NCBI GenBank assembly: GCA_963845755.1
Contig: CAWJTV010000028.1
Coordinates: 224,001 to 288,000, forward strand
DNA length: 64,000 bases
Direction: 5' to 3'
Source of the DNA: an uncultured Planctomycetota bacterium
GTDB taxonomy: Bacteria; Planctomycetota; Planctomycetia; Isosphaerales; Isosphaeraceae
Part shown: positions 35,067 through 46,533 of the stretch, piece after piece
Numbering within the stretch: position 1 is the stretch's first letter
Layout of the letters: every line of letters starts with the position of its first letter
The notes under the pieces: generated by a model
The model's database searches: none
What the model saw: only the letters and a program-made list of their open reading frames with translations
Told to the model about the DNA's origin: nothing
Translations under genes and position numbers: made by a program

Positions 35067-36785
35067 TCACATCCGGTCCACCACATCGATTCCAAGTAGT
35101 CCGAGCCCGAATTTCAAGGTCCTGGCGGTCAGATCGCAGAGTGCCAGCCGGCTGTCGCGGCGTTCGGGGGACTCCGCCTTGAGGACGGGGCATTCCTCGT
35201 AGAAGGTACTCAAGGCCGTGGCCAGATCGAAAAGATAGTCGGTCAGGATGTTTGGTTTGAGCTCCTCGGCGCTCAACTCGAGGACTTCGGGAAGTCGGAG
35301 CAGCCGGAGTCCCAAGGCTCGCTCGGCGGGATGGGTGAGTGCGATCGTGGGGCAGCGGGTGCGGATCGTACCCGCTGTCACTTCCCCCTTGGCGAAGATA
35401 CTCTGGGTCCGCGCGTAGGCGTACTGGAGATAGGTCGCGGTGTTGCCGTTCTTGGCCAGCATCTTCTGCCAGTCGAAGACGTAATCGCTGATCCGGTTCT
35501 GCCGAAGATCGGCGTACTTGATCCCGCCGAGTCCGACGACCACGGCCACCCGCCGCTGTTCCTCCGGGTCGAGCTGGGGGCTGTTCGCCTCGACGACCTT
35601 CAGCGCCTCGGCCGTCCCCTCATCCAGGAGGGACTCGAGGCCGACATTATCGCCCGCCTTCGTCTTGAATGGCTTTCCATCCTTGCCCATGATCGTCCCG
35701 AAGGCGATGTGCTCGAAGTCGGCCGAGGTGTAGCCCCACTTGCGCGCGACCTCGAAGAGCTGCTTGAAATGGTCGCCCTGGCGGTGGTCGACCACGTAGA
35801 GCATCTGGTCCGGCTGCCAGGTCTGGGCGCGGTACTGGATGGTGGCCAGGTCGGTGGTCGCGTAGTTGAAGGCGCCGTCCCGCTTGCGGACGATGAAAGG
35901 GGCCTCGGTCTGCTCGACGAAGACGACGATGGCGCCCTCGCTCTCGACGGCGAGCTCTTTCTTCTGGAGGTCTTCCACGACGCCGGCCAGTTGCGGGTCG
36001 TAGAAGCTCTCGCCGAGCTGGACGTCGAAGCGGACCCCCATGCGGTCGTACATGGCCTGGAGCGCCCCGAGACAGTGGGGCATGAACTGATCCCACAAGG
36101 CGCGGTTCTCGGGATCGCCCGCGTGGAGCTTGGCGGTCTCGACCCGCGCGGCGTCCTCGACGGACGAGTCGCCGGCCTTGATCCGATCGTTCGCGAGCCG
36201 ATACAGACGCGCCAGCTCGCCGACGGGATTGCCGGCGAAGTTGGCCTCGTCGCGGGCGTTCTTCCAGCCCCAGAGGATCATGCCGAACTGCGAGCCCCAG
36301 TCGCCGAGGTGGTTGTCGCGGATGACCCGGTGGCCATTGGCCGCGATGATCCGCGCCAGGCTGTCGCCGATCACCGTGGAGCGCAGGTGACCCACGTGCA
36401 TCGGCTTGGCGACGTTGGGCGAGGAGAAGTCGATCACGACCGTCTTGACCCGGGCGGGAGGGGCCAGGCCAAGGTCGGGGTCGACCAGGAGGTCGCGAAG
36501 GGCCGCGGCGATCCACGCGTCGTTGAGGCGGACGTTGAGGAACCCGGGACCGGCGACCTCGGGCGGGCCAGCTATGGGGGACAGGTTGACCTGGCCGGCC
36601 AGCTCTTGCGCGAGGTCGCGGGGCTTTCGGCCGATCGCCTTGGCCAGCGCCATGCAGCCGTTGGCCTGATAGTCGCCGAATTTGGAGTCGGTCGCCGGGC
36701 GCACCGCCTTTTCGAAGGCGACCCGATCGGGGCCCTCCGGGATGGCGGAGCCGAAGACCGTCCTCAATTCCTGGAGGAGATTCAT
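35067..36785 (-). CDS. argS: Arginine--tRNA ligase
   Basis: FGDYQAN, SSPNVAKPMHVGHLRST, GDWGSQFG, YLQYAYAR, C-terminal DRM. Confidence 0.97.
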   Translation of the reverse strand: MNLLQELRTVFGSAIPEGPDRVAFEKAVRPATDSKFGDYQANGCMALAKAIGRKPRDLAQELAGQVNLSPIAGPPEVAGPGFLNVRLNDAWIAAALRDLLVDPDLGLAPPARVKTVVIDFSSPNVAKPMHVGHLRSTVIGDSLARIIAANGHRVIRDNHLGDWGSQFGMILWGWKNARDEANFAGNPVGELARLYRLANDRIKAGDSSVEDAARVETAKLHAGDPENRALWDQFMPHCLGALQAMYDRMGVRFDVQLGESFYDPQLAGVVEDLQKKELAVESEGAIVVFVEQTEAPFIVRKRDGAFNYATTDLATIQYRAQTWQPDQMLYVVDHRQGDHFKQLFEVARKWGYTSADFEHIAFGTIMGKDGKPFKTKAGDNVGLESLLDEGTAEALKVVEANSPQLDPEEQRRVAVVVGLGGIKYADLRQNRISDYVFDWQKMLAKNGNTATYLQYAYARTQSIFAKGEVTAGTIRTRCPTIALTHPAERALGLRLLRLPEVLELSAEELKPNILTDYLFDLATALSTFYEECPVLKAESPERRDSRLALCDLTARTLKFGLGLLGIDVVDRM

Positions 36786-37306
36786 GGCGCCGGTTCGTCC
36801 TGCGAGTCGGCCGGTGACCCTTGCCAGTCGAGCTGGGGCGCATCGCCCCAGATGTCCTCGAGCGCGTAATACAATCGGTCGTCGGGCGAAAAAATGTGGA
36901 CGACGAAGTCACCGTAGTCGATCAAGGTCCACCGGCCTTCCTCGGACCCCTCGAGACCGAGCTTGGCCTCGCCGAGTTTCTTCATCTCGTGGTCGATCTC
37001 GCTGGCGATGGCATGGCTCTGCCGGCGCGAGACGGCCGTGACGATCACGAAGAAGTCGACCAGCGCGGTGGCCTTCCGCAGATCGAGCAACAGGATGTCC
37101 TTGGCGCGATTATCGTCGGCGATCCGGGCGCAGAGTCGCGCGTGTTCCAGCGCCACGCCCACGCGGCGCGGCTCGCGCCGATCGGTGGCGTGATGGGGAA
37201 CATCATCTTGGATCGGACGGGTCTCGCGGGTTCGGAGCGAACTCGCGCGACGACTGGAGACGGGTTCCGAGGCGGGCAAGCTCTTCGCTGCGTTGTTTTG
37301 TACCAT
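36782..37306 (-). CDS. rsfS: Ribosome silencing factor with N-terminal extension (start uncertain)
   Basis: DFFVIVT, WTLIDYGDFVVHIF, YYALEDIWGDA; 4-nt overlap with argS. Confidence 0.9.
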   Translation of the reverse strand: MVQNNAAKSLPASEPVSSRRASSLRTRETRPIQDDVPHHATDRREPRRVGVALEHARLCARIADDNRAKDILLLDLRKATALVDFFVIVTAVSRRQSHAIASEIDHEMKKLGEAKLGLEGSEEGRWTLIDYGDFVVHIFSPDDRLYYALEDIWGDAPQLDWQGSPADSQDEPAP

Positions 37307-37596
37307 TCCACTCTTCCGCACAGCCCGAGATGGATTGACGGATCGAACCCCCTGATTGAACGTCCTGGGACCTGGATTCACCCTCCGCCGGCCCAGACAC
37401 CGTTTCGCGGCGGGCGGTTCAACACTCCATCTTAACCCGGGGATGGGCGGATGGCTATCGGGCACTCAAGGGACTTCCGCTTCGAGGCGTACTCGCCATC
37501 GCTTCTCGACATCCGCTCTTCACGGGGAAAGAATGATGCAAAGAAGAAGGCGGCACGGTGGAACCGGCCGCCTACGGCGAGAATCTGATTTGAGAG

Positions 37597-37669
37597 CACC
37601 CCCACGGGGACTCGAACCCCGGTCCCTTGGCTGAGAACCAAGTATCCTAGGCCGCTAGACGATGGGGGC
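37597..37669 (-). tRNA. tRNA-Glu (anticodon CTC), 3' CCA not encoded
   Basis: Acceptor GCCCCCA/TGGGGGT, anticodon arm CTTGG-TTCTCAG-CCAAG, T arm CGGGG-TTCGAGT-CCCCG. Confidence 0.95.
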
Positions 37670-37717
37670 GTTGGATTCTCTAGTATCATACATCGAAGGC
37701 ACTCGCGATCAAGACGG

Positions 37718-38300
37718 TTGGTTCAGTTTCAGACGGACAAACCGATTCCTGCGGTTCGCGGACGGCTACCCGTCTTTGTCGAGAATGTTGATCGCCTGGC
37801 ACCGATGAAGCCCTCAGCATGGCAAAAGGACCGGTCCTTGACCATCAGTGTGCTCGGCACCGACGGCAAACTGTTGACTGGCAATCAGGTCGCCGGAATG
37901 AGGGACATGGACTACTGGGAAACTCCTCCGGCGGAGGCATCGACTTAGGCGATCCTCAGCCTCAGGCCGGGCAAGCTCGTCCACTGACTGTCTTGAACCC
38001 GAAGCATGGCTTTTCGGGTCAGCTCGTGCAGCGCGGAGATGAGACGAAACCACAAACGATCACGCCACAGAAGTGGGGTGTGCTCACCGGCCGGGTTGTC
38101 GATGACCAACGCGAACCAGGGAACGTGGAGGCCCAGCTTTACCCCGTCAATCTACCGGGGGGGGTTACCCGAAGGTCGGTCAGGACGGCCGGTTCCGGAT
38201 TGAGGGCCTTATCCCCTGGAAGGCCTACACATTTTGACTCCTCGAGAAGGGTACCACGCTGGGCAATCTCCTCGACAAGGACGTAATAGTCGGGCCGGGA
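37718..38300 (+). pseudogene. Degraded fragment of a carboxypeptidase-regulatory-like beta-sandwich protein
   Basis: Pieces LTISVLGTDGK and WGVLTGRVVDD lie in different frames with stops; lower GC. Confidence 0.45.
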
Positions 38301-38376
38301 GAGGTCAAAGACCTCGGTGAAGTCGTGCCCAAACCGCAAGTCAACCGAAGAATGGGCTCGCAATCCGTCCGGGGCG

Positions 38377-39207
38377 TCACTCCAGGTAACTCTCGTCTTC
38401 CAATCCTTTGATATAAGCCAGGACCTCGTCGATCGTCTCGACGGGCTGGCCGGGGACGCGGCCGGCATCATCGACGGCGCGGAGCTGCTTCAGATCCTCG
38501 TAATACTCGGACGCCTCGAGCTCGCGTTTCAATCGCGGGCTCAAGGAACGGTCGCGACCGGCCAGCAGGTCCATGTGGTGCTCGATCAGCCAGTAGGTTC
38601 GCTCCGTGATCGAACCGCGGAGGGCGTCGAGGCCCGCGACGACATGGTCCTGCGGATCGATCGCTTTGCCCACGTCGTGCAGGAGCACGGCGAGGAGGAA
38701 TTCCTCGTCGTAGGGTCGCGCATCGCGAGCCAATTCGAAGACTTGCAGGCTGTGAAAGAGCGCATCCCCCTCGGGATGATAGCGCGGATTCTGCTTCACG
38801 GACTCCAGCGGCTCAAGCCGCATTCGATAGATCGCGAAGCGGTCGAGATGCTCGGCCATCGAGGGGACCGCGGTCGCTGTATCGTCGTCAGGATGTTCGT
38901 CCGAAAGCGGTTCGACGGTGTCTTTCCCGCCGGTCGCATCTCGCCAGAGCGCGACGAGTTGTTCGCGAACTTCATCGTCGGAGGGAAGGTCACCGGGGCG
39001 GATGCGATGTCCCAGAACGGCCGCGGCCTTTCGTTTCGCCACGTAATAATCCTGAGCACTCGATGCGTCGAGCCAGTCCGGTGGCGGCTGCTCGCCTTTC
39101 GGTACGATCGTCGAATAGAGCCGCCGCGCGGCCTCCAGGGCGATCTGCATCCGGAGCCGGTTCGTCGCGCTTGGGACTCGATAACGACTACGATACCTGT
39201 CATGCAT
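38377..39207 (-). CDS. HD-domain phosphohydrolase with a nucleotidyltransferase-associated-like N-terminus
   Basis: IALEAARR...DYYVAKRKAA...LPS N-terminus; QNPRYHPEGDALFHSLQVF, LLHDVGK. Confidence 0.8.
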   Translation of the reverse strand: MHDRYRSRYRVPSATNRLRMQIALEAARRLYSTIVPKGEQPPPDWLDASSAQDYYVAKRKAAAVLGHRIRPGDLPSDDEVREQLVALWRDATGGKDTVEPLSDEHPDDDTATAVPSMAEHLDRFAIYRMRLEPLESVKQNPRYHPEGDALFHSLQVFELARDARPYDEEFLLAVLLHDVGKAIDPQDHVVAGLDALRGSITERTYWLIEHHMDLLAGRDRSLSPRLKRELEASEYYEDLKQLRAVDDAGRVPGQPVETIDEVLAYIKGLEDESYLE

Positions 39208-39248
39208 GGCCTATCCACCTCCTGGTGAAATCTATCCTTATCACAAAC

Positions 39249-39307
39249 GTAGGTCAGGCTTTCCGGCCTGACGGCAAATGGGAGTCAGGCGGGAAAGCCT
39301 GATCTAC
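39249..39307. repeat. GTAG-type REP doublet (REPIN-like)
   Basis: GTAGGTCAGGCTTTCCGGCCTGAC ... GTCAGGCGGGAAAGCCTGATCTAC. Confidence 0.8.
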
Positions 39308-39897
39308 GCGGTGACCCGGTCGGTCATGACCAGGAGCACGCCACGTCGTGCCCAATCGGTCGTTAACTCGGCCTCCTTCGCGGGATCAATGCCTCGGACC
39401 GCGTCGGACACAACGGCGACCCGGCAGCCGCGGGCCAGCAAGCCTTCCACCGCGGCACGCACGCAATAGTCGGTCGCCACTCCATACACTACGAACGTCG
39501 GTGCCGATCGGTTGTACAGCGCGATCAGATCGTCGGCGTCCGGGCGGCTGAACACGTCGAACACGCGTTTCTGCAAGGTCAGGTGCTCGGGCAACTCACC
39601 CGATAGCCGGTCGGCAGGGCCGAGGATGAGGGAGTGGGCGCAGGCTGTCGCCGCAACTCGTTGCTGGCCTTCGGTTCCCGCCATGCAATGCGCTGGGAAA
39701 TCAGCCAGCTCGGGGTCGTCGATCGTGTGGTTACACGCGGTCGCCAGGATCGGAATGGCATGAGATTGGGCGAAGTGCGTCAACCGTTGCAGATTGGGTA
39801 GGATCTCCCGGGAACCGACGACGTAGAGGGCGCCCGAGGGTTCCAGGAAATCGCGCTGGGTGTCGATATCGACAAAGACGAGCGGGCCTTCGAGCAT
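39304..39897 (-). CDS. pncA: Nicotinamidase/isochorismatase family cysteine hydrolase
   Basis: DIDTQRDF-GALYV, FPAHC, GVATDYCV. Confidence 0.8.
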   Translation of the reverse strand: MLEGPLVFVDIDTQRDFLEPSGALYVVGSREILPNLQRLTHFAQSHAIPILATACNHTIDDPELADFPAHCMAGTEGQQRVAATACAHSLILGPADRLSGELPEHLTLQKRVFDVFSRPDADDLIALYNRSAPTFVVYGVATDYCVRAAVEGLLARGCRVAVVSDAVRGIDPAKEAELTTDWARRGVLLVMTDRVTA

Positions 39898-40002
39898 CCG
39901 CGTTGACCTCCGCGCGGCGTTTCGCCGGATGTTGTAAACGACAATCGGTTTGTTACCATAAGTCTTATCGAGGATTCGGGACGACCTCCACGGCCTATTG
40001 TA

Positions 40003-41383
40003 ATGGAAACGCCCTTGTCTGCCTCTGCGGCAACTGGTTACTCGCGCCGCGCCTGGCTGCGCCGGGGCGCCGTCTCCTGGTTGGGGCTGAACTTCGCGGA
40101 CATGCTGCGATGGCGGGCCGAGGCTTCACCGCGCAAGGGTCGACCGATCCGCGGAGTGATCCTGGCGTTCTGTCCCGGTGGACCGAGCCACCTGGAGACC
40201 TTCGACCCCAAACCGAACGCACCGCGGGAGATCCGGGGTGAGTTCGACACGATCGCCACGGCACTTCCCGGCGTCCGGTTCGGGGAGCATCTTCCGAACC
40301 TGGCGCAGCGGCTGGATCGATTGACCGTGGTGCGCTCGATGACGACCACTAGCCCCGTGCACGAGCTGGCGGTGCACCGGCTCCTGGGCGGCGTTACCGA
40401 ACCGCCGTCGGGGACGGGCGTCGCCGCGACCCGGAATGACCGCCCGCACCTCGGTGCCGTGGTGGCCGCGGCGCGGCAACCCGGCCAGGGGATTCCCCCC
40501 GCAGTGATCTTGCCGACCCGGTTGACTTTCGAAGGGACGACATTTCCGGGTCAGAATGCCGGCTTCCTCGGGGCGCGCTATGATCCCTGGCACCTGGTCG
40601 GCGACCCCTCCGATCCCCGATTCGCGGCGTCCGTGCTGGAGATGCCCGCGGAGATCTCCATGGCGCGGAGTCGCGAGCGATTGGACTTGCTCGGCCTGGT
40701 CGATCGACAGCGCCGGGAGTTCGACCGCGAGCGGTCGGTCCAGGACTTCGACGTCTTCCGACGCCGGGCGATGGACGTCCTGGCTTCGGGGGAGTGCCGG
40801 CGCGCCTTTGGCCTGGAGAGGGAGGACCCGCGCCCGCGATCGGTACGGACGGACGCTGATGGGCCAAGGGCTGCTCCTGGGCCTCCGCCTGGTGGAGGCC
40901 GGCGTACCGCTGGTGCAGGTCAACCTGGGTGATTCGAACGTCTGGGATACGCACGAGAACAATTTCGGACGGCTCAAAGGCATTCTACTTCCTCCGTTCG
41001 ATCGGGCGGTCTCGGCGCTGGTCGACGACCTGGAGCGGCGCGGACTCTGGGAAGAGGTGCTGGTGATCGTGACGGGCGAGTTCGGCCGGACCCCGCGCGT
41101 CGGCCAGCCGATCAAGGGGGGGGCCGGGGCCAAGCCCGACGGCCGCGATCACTGGCCGGGCGTTTTCAGCCTGCTGGCCTTCGGTGCCGGCGTCGCGCGG
41201 GGACAGGTCCTCGGCGCCAGCGATCCTCTCGCTTCCTTCCCCAGGTCGGCCGCCGTCTACTCTCCCGCCGACCTGGCCGCCAACGTGCTCGAGGCCCTGG
41301 GTATCGATCTCACGGGTACCTTGACCGATGCCCTGGGCCGGCCGTTCCCCGTCAATTCCGGGACGCCGATCCCTTGGGCGTGA
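40003..41383 (+). CDS. DUF1501 protein; frame break near 40832
   Basis: SRRAWL signal, GGPSHLETFDPKP, WDTH, GEFGRTP, GRDHW. Confidence 0.88.
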
Positions 41384-41426
41384 GCCATCGCGTTGAGAGC
41401 GAGCCGACGGCGGGAGACCACTCTTC

Positions 41427-42405
41427 ATGCGTGTTCTGATCACAGGCGGCGCGGGTTTCATCGGGTCCCACCTGTCCGACGTGTGCCTGGCGCGCGGCGA
41501 TGAGGTCTACATCCTCGACGACCTCTCCACGGGCAGCATCGACAACATCCGCCACCTCAGGGAGAATCCGCGCTTCCACTATACGATCGAGAGCGTGCAC
41601 CACGGTCCGACGGTCGCCGAGCTGGTCAACCAGTGCGACGTGGTCTTTCACCTGGCGGCGGCGGTCGGCGTTCGTCTGATCGTCGAGAGCCCGGTCCGGA
41701 CCATCGAGACGAACGTCCATGGCACGGAAGTCGTCCTGGCCAAGGCCAACCAGAAAAAGAAGAAGGTCCTGATCGCGTCAACCTCGGAGGTCTACGGTCT
41801 GAGCGACCAGGTTCCGTTCCGCGAGGACGGTAACCTGGTGCTCGGCCCGACTTCCAAGGGTCGATGGAGCTATGCCTGCTCCAAGGCGATCGACGAATTC
41901 CTGGCGCTGGCCTACTGGCGCGAGCGGAAGCTTCCCACGGTGATCGTCCGGTTGTTCAACACGGTCGGGCCGCGCCAGACGGGCCAGTACGGGATGGTCG
42001 TGCCGACGTTCATCAAGCAGGCCATGACCGGCCGGCCGATCACGATCCATGGCGATGGCCGGCAATCGCGCGTGCTTTGCCCATGTCAGCGACGTGGTCT
42101 CAGCCCTGGTGGGGCTCATGGATCATCCCGGTGCCGTGGGCGAGGTCTTCAACATCGGATCGAACGAGGAAGTGACCATCCGCGCGCTGGCCGAACGGGT
42201 CAAGGCGTTGGCCAACTCCGACTCGGAGATCGTCACGGTCCCCTACGAGCAAGCTTACGGCGAGGGTTTCGAGGACATGCCGCGCCGGGTGCCTGATATC
42301 AGCAAGGTCGGTCGATTGGTCGGCTATCGGCCGACGAAATCGCTCGATGAGATCCTCAAGAGTGTGATCGAGTTCTTCCGGAATTCTCCGCTGGGTGCCT
42401 TGTGA
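41427..42405 (+). CDS. NAD-dependent nucleotide-sugar epimerase/dehydratase; frame break near 42070
   Basis: TGGAGFIG, STSEVYG, YACSK, RLFNTVGP. Confidence 0.88.
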
Positions 42406-42416
42406 GCGCCGATCCG

Positions 42417-43419
42417 TCAGGAGACATCGATTCGAGGCTCGCCGCGTCCGGATGCCGTTTCACTTCGTCGAACGATATACGACGGCCGCTGCTTGGATTC
42501 GAGGAAGATGAGCCGGAGGTATTCGCCGATGACGCCGAGGCTCATGAGCTGGACGGCCCCCATGAACAGGACGACGATCATCGTGGAAGCCCAACCCTGG
42601 GGTGCAGTGTGATGATGGATCGCGTCATTGAGCACCCAGACGGTCAAGCCCATCGCCAGACAGGAAGCGGCGACGCCGAGGTAGGTGACGAGTCTCAGCA
42701 GGTGCGCCGCTGAAGCTGACCAGACCGTCGATCGCCAATCCCATTAGTTTGTTCAGCGTGTATTTCGGATGGCCTGCTTCCCGGGCCGGTCGATCGTAGG
42801 AGACGCCCACCTGGCGAAAGCCGAGGAAACTCCGAAGGCCCCGCACGAACCGGCAACGCTCGGGTAGCCGGTTGAGCGCATCGACAACGCGCCGGTCCAT
42901 CAGGCAGAAATCGCCGCTATCCCGCGGGATCTCCAGGTCGCTGATACGGCCCAGGAGACGATAGAAGGCCTGGTATGCGAGCCGCTTGAGGGGTCCTTCC
43001 GCGCGGCTGCGCCGGACGGCATAAACGACGTCCGCCCCGTCGCGCCACCGGCGAACCAGTTCGGGAATCAGCTCGGGAGGGTCTTGCAGGTCGCCATCCA
43101 TGACGATGACGGCCCGACCCCGGGCGTGCTCCAGGCCCGCCGAGATCGCCGCCTGATGACCAAAATTGCGGCTCAGGTGCACCACGACCACGCGCATGTC
43201 CTGTGCGTGCAACGCATCGATCATGCGCGGGGTTTCATCCGTGCTCCCATCGTTGACGAACACGATCTCGAACGGCGAACCCGAGGCTTCCAGGACTGCG
43301 TGCAGCCGATGCCAGAGCGCGGGGACGTTGTCCTCCTCGTTAAACACGGGGATGACGACGCTGAGCAGGCCAGATACGCGGAGGCGTCGGGGCTCCGAGA
43401 AATGGGGTGATTGAACCAC
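42417..43419 (-). CDS. GT2 polyprenol-phosphate glycosyltransferase (GtrB-like); frame break near 42705
   Basis: PVFNEE, NDGSTD, SRNFGHQ, MDGDLQDPP, two C-terminal TM segments with GEYL. Confidence 0.88.
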
Positions 43420-43753
43420 GTCAACGTCCCTGTCGAAGGGGGGTAGGTCATTCCTGGCCCGGCCACTATAACAGAAGCCCCTGGGAGCGGAAGCCGTCTT
43501 GGTGCATGGGTGACGAACGTTCTTAACAATGGGAGTCTCAAGGGGGTTTCGCGATCGGCCCGGCCGGATCAGAATGAAAAGTCAGTGCGACATGGAGCGA
43601 GTCCTGGCCGGAGTCAACGCTTGCGTTGCCGAGAGCGGTGTTCTAGAACGAGTCCGTTGCGTTTCCGGCCAGGAAAGCGGGATCCGAAAGACAAGCGGCG
43701 GGGTCAGCGTGCGCTCCCCGCGCCGATTACCGAGAACTCGAGGCGTAGGAGTG

Positions 43754-45000
43754 ATGGGATGGGAGAACAGAATCTCGCCGCGCAGGCTCGCGCAGGCGCT
43801 GGATGGCGGTGAAGGGGTCCTCAGGCTGGCCCCGACATGGGTGCCCCGGTCGTTCTTGATGCCCGGCGCACGTTTGAAGCTATCGCGTGAGGACCTGTAT
43901 GCACTGGGGACGCATCGGGGCGGGATCGACGAGCGCTGGTTCGCCTCCACCACCGCCGCGGCCAACGAAGGCGCATCCGCCGGATGAGGGACTCAGCTAC
44001 GTGGTCCAGGATGGGGATCGGTTTACCCTCAAGGACGCGATCGCCGAGCTCGGCACGGAGATGATCGGCGCCTCGCTCTGGGATACGTACCAGCGCTGGC
44101 CGGTCTACAGCAAGTTCTTCGACAATCTCGGACCGATTCCACACCACATGCACCAGAACCAGGAACAGGCGGCCAAGCTGGGCCTGGAAGGCAAGCCCGA
44201 GAGCTACTACTTCCCGCCACAACTCAACTGGACCGGCAATCATTTCCCGTACACGTTCTTCGGCCTGGAGCCCGGGACGACGAAGCAAGACCTGCACCTC
44301 TGTCTCGAGCGCTGGAACCTCGGTGACAACGGCATCCTGGACCTGTCGAAGGCCTATCGCCTCAAGCCGGGGACCGGCTGGCTGGTCCCGCCGTGTGTCC
44401 TGCACGCCGCCGGGTCGCTCGTGACTTACGAGCCACAGTGGGGCTCCGACGTCTTCGGGATGTATCAGTCGATGGTCGAAGGTCGAACGCGTCCCCTGGG
44501 AGCTGCTGGTCAAGGATGTCCCCAAGGAACATCACCAGGACCTCGATTATCTCGTCGATCAGCTCGACTGGGAGAAGAACGTCGATCCCGAGTTCAAGAA
44601 GCACAATTACCTCGAGCCGATCGTCCGGTCCGGCGGCCGTGAGGCGGGCTATGCCGACAAATGGATCGTTTACGGACGTGTCAACGGCAAGCAGCTCTTC
44701 AGCGCCTGCGAGCTGACCGTCGAGCCCGGCCGCTCGGCGACCATCAAGGACCCGGGCGCCTACGGCCTGATCGTCGTCCAGGGGAGCGGCACCATCGGCA
44801 AGTTGGCGGTCGATAGTCCGAACTTCATCCGCTACGGTGAAGTCACCCAGGACGAGGTCTTCGTCACGGCCAAGCGGGCCGGCGAGGGCGTCACGTTCAA
44901 TAACACCGGCAGCGAGCCGTTCGTCAGCCTCCGCTACTTCGGGCCGGATACGCATTCGGACCTGCCGGACGTGGGGGATCATCACAAGACCAGAAAGTGA
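43754..45000 (+). CDS. Phosphomannose-isomerase-like cupin protein; frame breaks near 43973 and 44490
   Basis: IDERW, KFFDN-PIPHHMH, GKPESYYF, LHAAG, TYEPQ. Confidence 0.7.
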
Positions 45001-45009
45001 GGAGTTGGC

Positions 45010-45717
45010 ATGGCGACGACGTCCACCATCTCGGTCGCCATCGAGGATGGCGAGGAACAGTTCGTGATTCCGCGCGTGAGTTGGGATGCTTACCTTGCCT
45101 TCAATGACGCGCTGGGTGAACGGTCCTATCCCCGAATGGTCTTCTGCGCAGGACGACTGACCTTAATGGGAAAATCGAGACGCCATGAGAGGTTGTCGCG
45201 CTGCCTCAGCTACTTTGTGGTTGGTGTGGCTGGTGCCTTGGGGCTCGAGTGCGAAGCGTCGGGCGAAGCAACTTGCCGGCGCCGCGAGAAGGAGGCCGGT
45301 CTGGAAGGAGATGAGACGTTCCATTTCGGTGCTAACGCCGTCAGGATGCGCGGGCTGAGAGACTACGATTTTGACGTGGATCCACCACCAGACCTGGCCG
45401 TCGAAGTCGAGGTGAGCCACTCCGCCGATGACGCCGTCGAGGCATGGGGGCGACTGGGCACGACCGAGATTTGGCGTTTTGATGTGCGGCGCTACTCCTG
45501 CACGTTCTGGAACCGTAGCGCGGACGGATCGTACCAGCAGATTGCACGTAGTTCGTTCCTGGCTGGGCTCGAGCCTGCCGACGTCGTGGACCAGATGCGG
45601 CGCGTGCTCGAGATCGGAACGACCAAGTGGCGCGTGCATCTCGACGATTGGGTTCGTGGCACACTCATACCCAGACAACGCAAGGCCAGCCCCAAGCGAC
45701 GTAAAGGGGGTGGATGA
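45010..45717 (+). CDS. Uma2 family putative endonuclease (DUF820)
   Basis: SWDAY, HE, EGDETF, PPPDLAVEVEVS, EIWRFD. Confidence 0.85.
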   Translation: MATTSTISVAIEDGEEQFVIPRVSWDAYLAFNDALGERSYPRMVFCAGRLTLMGKSRRHERLSRCLSYFVVGVAGALGLECEASGEATCRRREKEAGLEGDETFHFGANAVRMRGLRDYDFDVDPPPDLAVEVEVSHSADDAVEAWGRLGTTEIWRFDVRRYSCTFWNRSADGSYQQIARSSFLAGLEPADVVDQMRRVLEIGTTKWRVHLDDWVRGTLIPRQRKASPKRRKGGG

Positions 45718-45772
45718 CGGGTAATTCGGGTTGGTCACGGCGTCAAACGGGCGAATGGCCGGGAGGTGTCGG

Positions 45773-46473
45773 ATGGTAACGGACTCCGAGGAAGGTCGGA
45801 CCAACGAATTCGGGGACATGGCCAACAACGATCTCGCCAGCGATCTGCCGGACGACCTGCGCGCCGGGTCAAGGGCGAGCTCGACCCGGGCGAGCGCTTG
45901 TTGTGGGCTTCCCGCTCCTATCCTCCGTTTGTCCGCCCGATCGCGGGACACTTCATCGCGAGTGCAATCGCGCTACTCCTCCTGATCGGTGGGGTTCTCG
46001 TCATCACCCTCGCCTGGAAAGAATTGCGAACCCATGACAATCCGAATCCCACGATGCCCTTCGGGATTATTCTCTGCGTTGCGAGTGGCGTGACGATGCT
46101 GGGGACGATCGCCCACTGGATCGGGATCTCGCACGAACAACGCCGGCGATCCGGCGCCTACTACGCGGTAACCGACCGTCGTGCGATCGTCTGGATTCCC
46201 GAGCCGAAGTCCGATGCGATCAGGGTTATTCTGCTGCCCAAAGGGCAGATCGAAGGCGTGCTGCGCATCGAGCCGCCGGATGGCTCTGGCACCCTGGAGC
46301 TTTCCTGCCCGAACTCTCCAGTGGGTATACCCTGGTATCCTTTCGGTTTCCAGCACATTCACGATGTGCGTCGCGTCGAGCACATCGTGCGGGAAAATCT
46401 CATCACGGCGAAGGAAGGGTCGGCGCGAAAGGCCATCCGACCCGGAGATAACGATTACGAACCATTGTTTTGA
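45773..46473 (+). CDS. Two-TM protein with PH-like tail, paralog 1; frame break near 45861
   Basis: ELDPGERLLW, two TM segments, YAVTDRR, DGSG, DVRRVE; N-terminus matches paralog 2 in the other frame. Confidence 0.75.
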
Positions 46474-46533
46474 TGATCGATAGAATCGATGGGGCTGTGT
46501 CGTCGAAATGGCGAACCGGCCTGGAGCCGTCCG

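Noticed and set aside
37597..38300. tRNA-Glu as integration site of a genomic island
   Set aside because: No integrase and no duplicated tRNA 3' end found; the 3' side leads directly to rsfS-argS.
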